Source of the DNA: Promethearchaeota archaeon
GTDB taxonomy: Archaea > Asgardarchaeota > Lokiarchaeia > Sigyniarchaeales > SOKP01
Assembly: GCA_048941015.1 (NCBI GenBank)
Contig: JBHLNZ010000012.1
Location: 1-64,000 of the forward strand
Direction of reading: 5' to 3'
Length of the DNA: 64,000 bases
Part shown: in pieces, positions 1 to 10,638 of the stretch
How positions within the stretch are numbered: position 1 is the stretch's first letter
Layout: every line of letters begins with the position of its first letter
Notes under the pieces: model-generated
Seen by the model: the letters and a program-made list of their open reading frames with translations, nothing else
Databases searched by the model: none
What the model was told of the DNA's origin: nothing
Made by a program: the position numbers and the translations under genes

Positions 1-58
1 ATTATTGATTTTTAAGTATTTATCTTCATCAAAATTAATTTAAACTTAGTAAAAAATT

Positions 59-2017
59 TTATTTTTTCTTATTATAATCTTTTAAGTTAAATGATTTGAA
101 AAATGATTTTGAATGTTTTATACTGTTTAAAATCCAAACAAATAAGTTTACCTCTTTATTAGGGTTCCAAGCGGACCAATTAGGAGATGGAGTATAGCCA
201 TGATCTATCATAAGATCAGGAAGAGGTCCTAGATTTTTATTATTCCATATAACATTTGCTGTAAGTATCGTTCTTCCTCTTGGATTTTCATCTTTTGGGA
301 TAAATATTGAAATTGGTGTTTCAAAAAATGTATTAGGATTGATATTAAATGAGTTATTAAGAAGATCAGCCTTCCATTTAATTGGTAAGTTTAATTTATA
401 TGTTATCGTTGAAGTTTTATTAAGATAATTCCGAACAACTAATTTAGTAGTTATTTTTTGACCTGGTTTCGATATAACCCTTATTGGTTTGAAAGATATC
501 CAGTTAGGATCAAAACCCATATTTGGATTTTCTTGGGCAACGATATCAGACAATAATGGTTCATAGTTTGAAACAAAGTCTTTAAATTTTTTTAATAGAT
601 CTCTGTTCACTTTAATAATTCCATAATGACTAATCGCTAAATATTGGGGATCGCAATTAAGTAAAATATCAGCACATTTCATAAAACCTACATTATCTCC
701 TATTCGACAAAAATTAAAACAATTTACATTAGTATCTCGGTCAACTAGTGATCTCTGAGTAAGGCTATCCCCTACAAAAAAGAGGCTTTTACCATCAATC
801 TCACTGAATAATCCCATATGATATTCTGTCTGACCTGGAAAATGAAAGATTTGAAATTTATATATATCCCATTTAAATATTTCTCCATCTTTGAGAACTC
901 TGTCTATTTTAATCCGTTGGTCTATCAAGCAACCCAATCTATAATGGATGGGATTCTGTAAAACATCAACAATATTCTCAAGAGCCCAAACTTTAAGATT
1001 CATCTTTTCTTGTAGTAAAGGGATACCTGCAACATGGTCATCATGGTAGTGAGTAGGGAGTAAGAAGTCAATTTTATCTATATTTAAGGAATCTAAAATC
1101 TGATAAAAATCTGATAATGGATAACCATGATAATCATCACCAGCAAAATCAATTAATATACAATTTTTATTTTGTCCTTTAATTATAAAGGGAGGGTGCG
1201 TTCCTTCATGAAAAATATGAGGAAAATGTAATTTCAAATCAATTGGTTGAATTTCTCTTTCTTTCAAGTTGTATAACTCAACATCAATTCCTGAAAATTG
1301 CGAACAAAAAGCTAGTCTCGCTTTTTGAAACTTTTGACTTAAAATTTTAATAATATTTTCAGTATTTTCGATAACATCTCCATGGGAAGGAAGTAGAAAG
1401 TCAGGATTATGCGCTAGTAATTTTTTGAATGATTTTAATGAAAGTTTAATCCCCCCTTCCCCGTTATCATTATAAATATATTCTAAATCATAATAAGTAA
1501 TTACTTTTCCCCCTGAATGAATCAAATCACCTGTAAATGCTAGCAATTTTCCATCAATCTCTAAAAGGTAAGAAATGCTTTCACTAGTATGGCCATTGGT
1601 TCTAAGAATTCTAAAAATGTATTGCCCCCAATGGAAAATATCACCATTTTGAAATTTATTATCTAAAGGGATATTGTAAGTAGATACAAAATACGTTGGT
1701 TTAAAGTAATATAAATCATAATATGATTTCATTTTCCAGAAATCTTCTGCTGCTTCAAATAACTTTCCTTCTTTTTTAGGAGCTCCAATTTTTATATTAT
1801 TTGCTATTGCTAAGTAATCTCCATAATTCTGATCACGATGATAATGGGTATGTAAAATATATTCGATCTTATTAACATTAATTTCTGATAAGTAATTTAG
1901 AATCTCTCCAGAACCAAAATCTATAAGAAGAGCTTTATCACTATTTCTAATTACGTAAGTATTAATCGCATCTTTAAATAAATAGACATTTTCTAATATT
2001 TTTTTAAACATGTTCAT
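59..2017 (-). CDS. Tandem metallo-beta-lactamase-fold hydrolase with C-terminal beta-sandwich domain
   Basis: Two MBL motif sets: THYHRDQ...GHT...GDL...SHG and THYHDDH...GQT...GDS...SHY; beta-rich C-terminal ~110 aa. Confidence 0.8.
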   Translation of the reverse strand: MNMFKKILENVYLFKDAINTYVIRNSDKALLIDFGSGEILNYLSEINVNKIEYILHTHYHRDQNYGDYLAIANNIKIGAPKKEGKLFEAAEDFWKMKSYYDLYYFKPTYFVSTYNIPLDNKFQNGDIFHWGQYIFRILRTNGHTSESISYLLEIDGKLLAFTGDLIHSGGKVITYYDLEYIYNDNGEGGIKLSLKSFKKLLAHNPDFLLPSHGDVIENTENIIKILSQKFQKARLAFCSQFSGIDVELYNLKEREIQPIDLKLHFPHIFHEGTHPPFIIKGQNKNCILIDFAGDDYHGYPLSDFYQILDSLNIDKIDFLLPTHYHDDHVAGIPLLQEKMNLKVWALENIVDVLQNPIHYRLGCLIDQRIKIDRVLKDGEIFKWDIYKFQIFHFPGQTEYHMGLFSEIDGKSLFFVGDSLTQRSLVDRDTNVNCFNFCRIGDNVGFMKCADILLNCDPQYLAISHYGIIKVNRDLLKKFKDFVSNYEPLLSDIVAQENPNMGFDPNWISFKPIRVISKPGQKITTKLVVRNYLNKTSTITYKLNLPIKWKADLLNNSFNINPNTFFETPISIFIPKDENPRGRTILTANVIWNNKNLGPLPDLMIDHGYTPSPNWSAWNPNKEVNLFVWILNSIKHSKSFFKSFNLKDYNKKK

Positions 2018-2056
2018 TATTAGTTTTTAAAAAAAAATTTCTAAAAAATTAAAAAA

Positions 2057-3451
2057 TTAAATTTTCATTTCGATTAATTTATCTTTTAAAAGCATCGATT
2101 TTTCTGGGGTTATATCATAAAATAACCAAAAGACTACCACTGCTATGGTCATGAATAGCATAGGAATTAATGCGAAATGAACTTGAATGCCTCTTATTGC
2201 ATTAATGCTCTGAATTGTTGCGTCTTCTCTAAATCCTGTAATTGTGTGTATGAATGAAAAACTCATAGCTTGTGCTATCAAAGCAGCGCGACCTACAAAA
2301 GTCTGAATTCCATTATAAATTCCTTCTTTTCTTTGACCTGAATCAACAATTGTTTCATCAATGGCACTAGCAAAATTAGGCCACATCATAACCCAAAAAC
2401 CACCTTCACCTATTCCCCAGAAGATCATAACTATGAGTAGAACTATATAGTTGTTTATGAAAAACAAAGACCCTGTAATAAGTGTTAAATAGATTGATGC
2501 ATATATTATCGTTTTACGGTCATCATTTGTTTTTTCTGCAAATTTTGACCAGATTGGCATTGAAACAACCATACCAACGAGTATACCTGCCATTATGAAC
2601 GTAATATCCTCCGAGGGAACTTCTAATACGAATTGAGCAACATAAGGAATTGACCCGATCATACACTGGACTAACGATTGATAGAAAGTAAATGCTACAA
2701 TATATGCAACGATATTCTTGTATTTTAAGCATTTTCGTAACTCTTTAAAAAATGATTCTCTTTCCATTCCTTCTTCGCACTTATCTAAATAGCAATCAAT
2801 TCGAACTTGATCCTCTCGACTTCCTGGAATTGAAAGTATTAAAGCAATCATACAAACAAATATTACGACAATAGCTTGTGTTATATAAGATTGTAAATCC
2901 TCGAAGTGATAAAATAATGGAGGAATTATCGAACCTAAAGCGGTTCCTAAGGCAGCAATAACAGTACTATAGGTTGATGCGGAGCGTCTTTCACTTCCAG
3001 AACGGAATTTATCTGGGAAAATAGCATAGAAATTAACATTGAAGACTGATGCGAATGTGTCATAAAGACATGTTGTAAAAATTAACCAAATAAAAATTAT
3101 CCATACCCCTTGATTTGGATCGACAGCTGGAGGCATGAAAATTAAAATATAGCTTAAAATCCAAGGTACACCACCAACAAAAACCCAGGGAAATCTCCTT
3201 CCCCATTTCCTAGTAAATTTAAATGGGCGGTCCGTTAAATACCCAACAAGAGGATCATTTATTGCATTGTATATAGCAAAAATAATATATCCAATCATTG
3301 TAAGATAGGACGGTAGACCAATTTCAGTTTCGTAAAAGAAAAATACTAATGATCCAAATGCAATATTAAAGAACTCATTAATAAATTTACCAGCACCATA
3401 TGAAGCCATGTTCAATCTAGAATGTTTTATTTCAAGATTTTCTTTCTCCAT
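2057..3451 (-). CDS. MFS transporter, glycoside-pentoside-hexuronide (MelB-like) family
   Basis: About 12 hydrophobic segments; NAINDPLVGYLTDR...RWGRRFPW and GQRKEGIY GPH-family motifs. Confidence 0.9.
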   Translation of the reverse strand: MEKENLEIKHSRLNMASYGAGKFINEFFNIAFGSLVFFFYETEIGLPSYLTMIGYIIFAIYNAINDPLVGYLTDRPFKFTRKWGRRFPWVFVGGVPWILSYILIFMPPAVDPNQGVWIIFIWLIFTTCLYDTFASVFNVNFYAIFPDKFRSGSERRSASTYSTVIAALGTALGSIIPPLFYHFEDLQSYITQAIVVIFVCMIALILSIPGSREDQVRIDCYLDKCEEGMERESFFKELRKCLKYKNIVAYIVAFTFYQSLVQCMIGSIPYVAQFVLEVPSEDITFIMAGILVGMVVSMPIWSKFAEKTNDDRKTIIYASIYLTLITGSLFFINNYIVLLIVMIFWGIGEGGFWVMMWPNFASAIDETIVDSGQRKEGIYNGIQTFVGRAALIAQAMSFSFIHTITGFREDATIQSINAIRGIQVHFALIPMLFMTIAVVVFWLFYDITPEKSMLLKDKLIEMKI

Positions 3452-3585
3452 AATTTTCTCCTTTTAATTTTCTTTTAATCAGAAATTATTTTTAAATAGA
3501 TGAAATTATGAGTTAAAACAATATAAATATTTATTTTATTTAGATGGTGAAAACTTGCATACAAAGTTTAGATTTTGATTAAAAT

Positions 3586-4506
3586 TTAAGACTCTCTTAT
3601 TTTTTGAGAGTAATATTCTACAATTAAATTAATAATAAGCTCTGCTAGTTCTTTGATTATTAAGACTTTACCCCCATTTAATCTACGTAAAGTGTTAAGA
3701 CATTTCCAATGTCCTCCTATATCAATTTCCTTAGTTCCCAAAAATTTTTCATATTTTCCACCATGGATTAAAAACCCTCCTAACCCTCCCAGAGGAGGCC
3801 ATTTCATAATTGCTGCGTAAAAATCCTTTTCTAATTCTTTATTCATTAACTCAAGTTTTTCGTTGTCTAGAACATCTAATGCCGCTGCTAATGAATGCTC
3901 AAAATGACCGGCATGATCGATACTTGTAACAATTTTAATAAGGTTTCGTCTGATTTTCTTTTGGTCTTCACCTTCAGCAGTGAGTTTAATTGAAAGGTTT
4001 TCTATTTCTCGTAATGCTTTATCAGCAATTTGATCAGCAAAACCTTCAGTAGTTGATATAAATAATTGTTCAAGGTTTAATTCAGACTGAATTTTCTCGG
4101 TATAATCAACAATCGGATTATTTCCTCCATGACCAGAATATATAAATACTTTTGATGCAGCTAATCCCATTTCTTGATAATTACTGATGTGAAATTTTAA
4201 AAAGGCTATCAATTTTTCCACGATCTCATTTACTGGAATAGTTTTTGGAGACCAATCTTTTGCAATGGGACCAACATTATCAGTTGACCAAGGAATATGA
4301 GCAACATATCTACCTCCAGTTTTACGAGAGATAAGTACTGCTACATGCTGGGAATGAATATCATCTATATTCCTGGGCAATGCATAACCATGACCTTCTT
4401 CAGGATTTCCAATTGAAAAAATCAACCATTCTCCTTCTTTTTTACCATAAGGACCCCAATCATCCATTTTGCCTTCTAAAGAGATTCCATTATTTTCATT
4501 TTCCAT
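3586..4506 (-). CDS. Creatininase-family amidohydrolase, ArfB-like (FAPy deformylase of archaeal riboflavin/F420 synthesis)
   Basis: EGHGYALPRNID, SGHGGN and HAGHFEHS metal-binding motifs. Confidence 0.7.
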   Translation of the reverse strand: MENENNGISLEGKMDDWGPYGKKEGEWLIFSIGNPEEGHGYALPRNIDDIHSQHVAVLISRKTGGRYVAHIPWSTDNVGPIAKDWSPKTIPVNEIVEKLIAFLKFHISNYQEMGLAASKVFIYSGHGGNNPIVDYTEKIQSELNLEQLFISTTEGFADQIADKALREIENLSIKLTAEGEDQKKIRRNLIKIVTSIDHAGHFEHSLAAALDVLDNEKLELMNKELEKDFYAAIMKWPPLGGLGGFLIHGGKYEKFLGTKEIDIGGHWKCLNTLRRLNGGKVLIIKELAELIINLIVEYYSQKIRES

Positions 4507-4665
4507 ATTATCAATTTATCTAGGTTTTTTAAAATACCTTACTTTTACCATCTGAATCTTATTTTAGAATTATAAAAATTTTAAAAAGCTATTAAAGATG
4601 TTCAAACTTATAAAAACTATAAAAAAAACTTATTTTTTATTTAATACTCTTGTAGGTATCAAATA

Positions 4666-5901
4666 ATGCCCGGTCCAGGAATGGAATTAATCGGAAAAGA
4701 AGAAAAGGAAGCAATTTTAGAAGTTATAGAATCAGGTTATCTCTATCGATATGGAGATCTGAATGATCCTAGATTTAAAGCGAAAGTTTGGAATTTAGAA
4801 CAAGAATTTGCAAAATATACAAAATCCAAATATGCATTGGCAGTTAATTCTGGAACTTCAGCACTGCTTACAGCATTGTGGGCTTTAAAAATAGGTCCTG
4901 GAGATGAAGTTATCGTTCCTGGCTATACTTTTATAGCAAGTATAACATCAATTATTTTTGCTAGAGCAATTCCCATTTTAACTGAAATTGATGATACATT
5001 AACATTGGACCCCAAAGATGTAGAAAAGAAAATAACCTCACGTACAAAAGCTATAATGTTAGTTCATATGCTCGGAAATCCTGGTCATTTAAATGATATA
5101 GTAAAAATTGCTCAGGATAATGATTTAATTTTAATTGAAGATTGTGCACAAGCTTTTGGAGCGACTTATAAGGGAAAATCTGTAGGTACCTTTGGAGAAA
5201 TAGGAGCGTTCAGTTTAAATGTGTATAAAACAATAACAGCTGGCGATGGAGGTATGGTTATAACTGATGATGATGAATTATATAAACGTGCTTTCGCAAT
5301 TCATGACCAAGGACACTTACCTTTGCGTCAAGGAGTTGAACAAGGAAAAAGAACAGTATTGGGTTTAAATTTTAGAATGAATGAAATTACAGCAGCAGTA
5401 GCAGGTGCTCAACTTAAAAAAGTAAATCTTATTAGAAAGAAACTTAAAGAAAATAAGAAACTCTTTTTGAATATTTTAAAAGATACCATAGGAATTAATT
5501 TTAGAAAAATATTAGATAAGGATGGAGATGTTGGGACCTTATTGACATTTTTTATGCCCACAATTCAAAGTGCTGAAAAATTGGTAGTCAAATTAGGGAC
5601 TAAAACAGTGGCAAAGTCTGGTTGGCATGTTTATAATAATATGGAACACTTTTTAGGACAAATGACGGTCACAGATGAGGGGTGCCCTTTCAAGTGTCCC
5701 TATTACAAAGGTAATGCAATTAAATATCAAAAAGGAATGCTTCCTCAAACAGACGATCTACTAAGTAGAGCAATTAATATTAGTATCGGTGTTACAGATC
5801 CAGGATTGGGTTCAGGATATGGTATTAACATTATGAGTACTGAAGAAGAAATTGAAGAAAAAGCACATTATCTTTCAAATCTAATAAAAAATTGTATATA
5901 A
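4666..5901 (+). CDS. DegT/DnrJ/EryC1/StrS family PLP-dependent aminotransferase
   Basis: NSGTSAL, GPGDEVIVPGYTF, IEDCAQAFG, FSLNVYKTITAGDGG (PLP Lys), GLNFRM. Confidence 0.92.
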   Translation: MPGPGMELIGKEEKEAILEVIESGYLYRYGDLNDPRFKAKVWNLEQEFAKYTKSKYALAVNSGTSALLTALWALKIGPGDEVIVPGYTFIASITSIIFARAIPILTEIDDTLTLDPKDVEKKITSRTKAIMLVHMLGNPGHLNDIVKIAQDNDLILIEDCAQAFGATYKGKSVGTFGEIGAFSLNVYKTITAGDGGMVITDDDELYKRAFAIHDQGHLPLRQGVEQGKRTVLGLNFRMNEITAAVAGAQLKKVNLIRKKLKENKKLFLNILKDTIGINFRKILDKDGDVGTLLTFFMPTIQSAEKLVVKLGTKTVAKSGWHVYNNMEHFLGQMTVTDEGCPFKCPYYKGNAIKYQKGMLPQTDDLLSRAINISIGVTDPGLGSGYGINIMSTEEEIEEKAHYLSNLIKNCI

Positions 5902-6040
5902 ATTAGAAAGGGTTCCTTTTATAAAAGTACATTAAAGTTCTTAAGAGATAATATTAAATAATTTCAAAATTTTTTTTTAGCCATAAAATTTTTTAGAATT
6001 ATATAATTAAAAAGTATAAATTCTTGGAATTAAATTCATA

Positions 6041-7123
6041 ATGAAGCAACTTTCGACAAGAAAATATTTAACATGGCTGCTTTTTTCAATCTTATTAGTT
6101 AGTTCTTTCTTTATCGGCCTTTTCACTCCTTTGAGCAACCTTTTGACAAGTATATTATTAATAACTTTATTTTTAGCTATTGTTGTCTTCCAAAGTCTTG
6201 TTATTCTTTTTCTTTTGACTAAAAAATTAAAAAATCGTAAGAGAATTAGCTTTTTACTTATGCATAGTCTGAATATAGTTTTTTCTTTTGTTATAGGTTA
6301 TTTTATTCCTTCTATGGAATCATTCAGTAGATATAATTTCGGATTAGTTATGATTCCATTATTGATAATATTAAGTTATGTATTAATAGATAAAAATCAA
6401 AAAGATCTAATTTTCCCCCAAGAGTATATAGAGAAAAAATTAATGCTAAAGGACGAAAAAAGCACTTATTCTCGTCCCGTTATAGAATTTGATAATAAAA
6501 AGTTTATCTTTTCAACGAGTTCACTAATTATTTTAGGAATAGGCACTCCAATAATAGCTTTTTTAACATATTTCTTTTTCGATTTACAATTTAATTATTG
6601 GTTACATGAAATTGTGGTCAAACAAACCGTATTTTTTCTTAATTTATTTTTTAAAATGGGTGCTAGCGCAACCTATAATCCAGTGGGTAAATATTTTTGG
6701 AGCTTTAACATTCCAGGAAAGTCTAGTATATTTTTTGAAACATTTTGTACTGGAATCCAAGCAATAAATGTTTTTGTAGGAATAATTGTTTGTATACCTC
6801 ATTCTGAAGATAAAAGAACTAGTTATGATATTCTATGGAGGAAAGCAAAAGCTCTAATTGTTTCTTCATTCATTTTTTATATAGTAAACATTATTCGCAT
6901 GTTGATTCAAATCTATTTGTATTATGTCGGATATCCTTGGGAAAGTATTCATGTTTCTATTAGTGCTGCAAGCTCTTTTATTGCGGCAATTATAATTTTA
7001 TTGCTTCATAGGTGGATTCCAGAATTTATTATTTCAATCATTTATTCAGGAACTTTAATTAAAAACAAAATTAAATCCTTTAAACAAAAAAAAAATAAAG
7101 AAACTATAAGATTAGATTTATAA
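6041..7123 (+). CDS. Archaeosortase/exosortase-family intramembrane transpeptidase with extra N-terminal TM block
   Basis: Multi-TM protein with Cys-Arg-His triad in the expected order: ETFCTG, VNIIRM, WESIH. Confidence 0.8.
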   Translation: MKQLSTRKYLTWLLFSILLVSSFFIGLFTPLSNLLTSILLITLFLAIVVFQSLVILFLLTKKLKNRKRISFLLMHSLNIVFSFVIGYFIPSMESFSRYNFGLVMIPLLIILSYVLIDKNQKDLIFPQEYIEKKLMLKDEKSTYSRPVIEFDNKKFIFSTSSLIILGIGTPIIAFLTYFFFDLQFNYWLHEIVVKQTVFFLNLFFKMGASATYNPVGKYFWSFNIPGKSSIFFETFCTGIQAINVFVGIIVCIPHSEDKRTSYDILWRKAKALIVSSFIFYIVNIIRMLIQIYLYYVGYPWESIHVSISAASSFIAAIIILLLHRWIPEFIISIIYSGTLIKNKIKSFKQKKNKETIRLDL

Positions 7124-7140
7124 ATTAAAAGATAAGAAAG

Positions 7141-8055
7141 GTGTTTTATATTAAGTTAGAATATGAAAAAGAACAAAAAGTTGTTCATGTTGCAAACGTA
7201 AAATTAGGTGGTCAACCTGGTGAAAATCCACCTGTTATGATTGGGACTGTTTTTTATGCTAATCATGCAGCATTATTAGATGAGAAAACAGGAAAAATAG
7301 ACAAGAAACTTTTGGAACAAGAATTAAATGATTTCATAGAAGTTGTTGAAGATACAGGAATGCAAGGAATCATTGATATAGTAGGAGGGTATCCTGAGGC
7401 ATTATTAAAAGAATGTGAATATATCGCTCAGATTATAGATTATCCCTTTTTGGTTGATGGTTTAAATGATAATATAAGGATTCCAGCTATAGAGGGATTA
7501 AAAGAAATTGGTTTGTTAGAACGAGCAATATTAAATAGTATTGATGAAGCCACTTCTGATGATAATCTTAATAAGTTTAAGGAAATTGGTGTAAAAAATG
7601 CAGTTCTTTTAACTTTTGGCTCAAGATATATATTCCCTCATCAAAAATTAGAATTTCTTGAGAAAGAACTTATACCAAAAGCGAAAAAAGCTAATATAGA
7701 AAATTATATAATAGATACAGCTGTTTTAGATTTACCTTCTATTGGTATTAATGTTGAAACCGTTAGATTAATAAAAGAAAACTTAGGATTACCTGCAGGT
7801 TTTGCGCCAGCAAATGCAATATATGGATGGAATTTTATTAAAAAATATGGTGATATTGCTAGATGTGGAGCTATAGCTGCTCAGATGGCATATTGTATTA
7901 ATGCTGGAAGTGATTTTATATTATTTGGTCCTATAAAATTCGCAAAATGCGTAATTCCCGCAATTTCTTTAATCTCAGCAATAAATTCATACTACAGAAA
8001 ACGAATTTTAAGAAAAAAAATATCAGAGACAACTCCATTAAATAAGATTTTTTAA
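7141..8055 (+). CDS. mtrH: MtrH/MtgA-family pterin-binding methyltransferase
   Basis: N-terminal EQKV...GGQPGENPPVMIGTVFY, LNSI, DTAV, APANA, DFILFGPI; GTG start. Confidence 0.8.
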   Translation: MFYIKLEYEKEQKVVHVANVKLGGQPGENPPVMIGTVFYANHAALLDEKTGKIDKKLLEQELNDFIEVVEDTGMQGIIDIVGGYPEALLKECEYIAQIIDYPFLVDGLNDNIRIPAIEGLKEIGLLERAILNSIDEATSDDNLNKFKEIGVKNAVLLTFGSRYIFPHQKLEFLEKELIPKAKKANIENYIIDTAVLDLPSIGINVETVRLIKENLGLPAGFAPANAIYGWNFIKKYGDIARCGAIAAQMAYCINAGSDFILFGPIKFAKCVIPAISLISAINSYYRKRILRKKISETTPLNKIF

Positions 8056-9557
8056 GAAATGTATCTTAAAAGCAAATCTTGAGTAAGATTTAAAAAACCA
8101 GGGAGTTTTAAATTAACATTTTCTTTATTTTTCTCATTTTGCATTAAAAATAAAACAAACATCTCGAACTCAGCAACATTTATTCGTTTAAATAGAACAA
8201 CGGAATCGGAGACCTTGAATATCGCTTCATTTTGAGGAATTGACTTATATCTTGAAAATATTTTAAATAATATCGTAAATTGTGGCGCTGTAAGTTCAAA
8301 AACATTTAAAATTTCATTGGGATCAGGAAGTTTTGTTATTTCAATTGATTTAGGAGAAAAGTATTCAGCTAAGACTAACCCTTCATTACTTAATAATAGA
8401 GATAAGTAAATTTTTGTTTCTTTTGAAAAATTTCTAAGGTTATGTTTTATTAAGTCTCTATTAGGACTTAATTTTGAAATTCCCGCGCTAAAAGCACGTA
8501 AGATAGTGAATATATCGAAGATACTCGTTGCATATATCTCTTTTTTTGCTAGAGGGTCTTGATTCGTTAATAAATCCTTAATTAATTTAACATTAGCCTT
8601 AATTTCTGGTAAATTAGATATGTCTGGATCGTTTTTAGACAATATGTAAACGATAGGAGTATTTTGGTTAAAGTTCTTTAATACTTTTTTAATTTTATTA
8701 TGATATTCGATACTTTCTTCAAATCGTTTTGGATTTTTTATGTCAATAAAATAAAAAATTAAATCAGCTTCATAAAGATATATCTCAGCTTTATTGAGAT
8801 AACTTTCCCTGAATTTTAATTGGCCACCTAAATCCCAGAGGAAGATTGTTGCCCCTAATGCTTCAATTGAGCTAACTTTGGCTCCTAATGTTGGTTTTAA
8901 TCCAATTAATTTTGAGAATTTTCTGTCAACGGATAATAAAAATGAAGTTTTTCCTGAATCGTCTAATCCAGCAAAAATGATTTTCATTTTTCGATGAGTT
9001 GTAAATGGTGTTGAAGGATTCTTTTCAATATCAATCAATTCTTTTAAAAAATCTTCAAAATAAGGTTGTACTTCTGATTGTGGTTTAAATTCCTTTATTA
9101 AAATTGGATCTAATTTATTAAAGAATTCCAATATTAAGCCTTTTAATCTTTCCATATTGTTATATAAGAAACTTCTCTTATTTTCATCAATGAGAATTGA
9201 GAAAGCACTAGCTAGTGGTAAATCTTCTTCATCTTTTTTAATAAAATGAAAATAAGTTAAAGATGTCGAATTAAAATCAGGATAAGGGATAATGCCAAAA
9301 TATTGGAAATTTTCTACATCAACATTTTTTAATATAGATCCATCTCCAATTAGAAGACTTAGATTTTTTATTGAAATTTGAGTATAATCCCTTTGTGTTA
9401 ATTCAAGTATATCTGAAGTGTCATTTGTTCTGCTTTTATCATCTGATTCTAGCTTACTAACATATTCTGGAAAGCAGTAAATTGGTTGAGGTCCTAATTT
9501 ATCATAAGCACTGAAGACTAATCCATTTATTACTGAAGATTTAATTAATTCTTCCAT
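8052..9557 (-). CDS. Rag/Arf-like small GTPase with N-terminal longin/uDENN-like and C-terminal roadblock-like domains
   Basis: G1 GLDDSGKTS, G2 PTLG, G3 WDLGGQ, G4 SKND, G5 TSIFD; N-terminal VFSAYDKLGPQPIYCFP; paralog of 20215..21627. Confidence 0.85.
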   Translation of the reverse strand: MEELIKSSVINGLVFSAYDKLGPQPIYCFPEYVSKLESDDKSRTNDTSDILELTQRDYTQISIKNLSLLIGDGSILKNVDVENFQYFGIIPYPDFNSTSLTYFHFIKKDEEDLPLASAFSILIDENKRSFLYNNMERLKGLILEFFNKLDPILIKEFKPQSEVQPYFEDFLKELIDIEKNPSTPFTTHRKMKIIFAGLDDSGKTSFLLSVDRKFSKLIGLKPTLGAKVSSIEALGATIFLWDLGGQLKFRESYLNKAEIYLYEADLIFYFIDIKNPKRFEESIEYHNKIKKVLKNFNQNTPIVYILSKNDPDISNLPEIKANVKLIKDLLTNQDPLAKKEIYATSIFDIFTILRAFSAGISKLSPNRDLIKHNLRNFSKETKIYLSLLLSNEGLVLAEYFSPKSIEITKLPDPNEILNVFELTAPQFTILFKIFSRYKSIPQNEAIFKVSDSVVLFKRINVAEFEMFVLFLMQNEKNKENVNLKLPGFLNLTQDLLLRYIS

Positions 9558-9651
9558 TATCTAAAGCTATAAGAATTTAATTTTTTTTAACTTTAATGAT
9601 AATGCACTAGAGGAAAATTAATTATTAATAATTTTATTCTAGAAACATCAG

Positions 9652-10620
9652 ATGTTAGAAAAAATTGCAGATAGTATCAGAAATAATCATAATATTATTG
9701 AAAAGAAAGACATTGATCCTATAGTCCAATATATTGATAAAAACTCATTCAAATCTAATAAAATATTCTCCGACATTGGAGAAGATTCCGCATCAATAAA
9801 AAATAAAGAAAAATATATTTTGATAACAACTGACAGAATTAGGACAGACTTTATTGAAAACTTTCCTTATGGCGCAGGTTTTAGTTCAATACTAGTGGGA
9901 GTTGATGACATTTATTGCTGCGGGGGAACGCCTATTGCAGCAAGTATAATAATCTCATATAAAAATGAAATTACTGGATATAAAATAATTGATGGCATAT
10001 GTGAAGGATCTAAAAAATTTCAAATCCCTGTCATTCGAGGACATACAAACCCAAAAAGTAAGTGTTACGAATTAAGTTCTACAATAATAGGTGAAATAGA
10101 CAAAGAAAATTATATCTCAGCAAAAGGAGCTAAAGCCGGAGATGATATAATATTAGTAGTTGATTTTGAAGGTAAGGTAGGTAAAGCAAATAAATTATAT
10201 TGGGATACTGTAACATTTAAAGATTCTGAAGAGATTATAAGGAAACGTAAATCTATGAATATACTAGCAGAACAACATTCAATAAATGCATCGAAAGATA
10301 TTTCAAACGGAGGTATTTTTGGAACCATTTTACAACTCATAAGATTTTCTAAATTACAAATTAGTGCTGATATAAATATTAATAAAATAAAAATTCCACC
10401 AAAATTACTCGAAAATGGGTATGATTTAACTACTTATATTAAAATGTATCTAACAACTTCTTATATATTGACAGCACCACCAGAAAAATTTCAGCAAATA
10501 TCTGATATCTTTGAAAAATTTAGACTTAAAGCAGAAGTTATTGGAAAAATTATTAAGGAAGAGCCACAATTATTAAAAATAAATAATGGAAAAGATTCTC
10601 TAATTGTTATAAAACTTTAA
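9652..10620 (+). CDS. AIR synthase (PurM/ThiL) superfamily protein, methanogenesis-marker-2/sll0787-like
   Basis: GEDSA, DDIYCCGGTP, GHT, AKAGD, KDISNGG motifs. Confidence 0.75.
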   Translation: MLEKIADSIRNNHNIIEKKDIDPIVQYIDKNSFKSNKIFSDIGEDSASIKNKEKYILITTDRIRTDFIENFPYGAGFSSILVGVDDIYCCGGTPIAASIIISYKNEITGYKIIDGICEGSKKFQIPVIRGHTNPKSKCYELSSTIIGEIDKENYISAKGAKAGDDIILVVDFEGKVGKANKLYWDTVTFKDSEEIIRKRKSMNILAEQHSINASKDISNGGIFGTILQLIRFSKLQISADININKIKIPPKLLENGYDLTTYIKMYLTTSYILTAPPEKFQQISDIFEKFRLKAEVIGKIIKEEPQLLKINNGKDSLIVIKL

Positions 10621-10638
10621 AATAATTTTGATAATCTA

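Noticed and set aside
9652-10620. Selenophosphate synthetase SelD
   Set aside because: Lacks the N-terminal Cys/Sec-x-x-Lys motif; a generic PurM-like fold fits better
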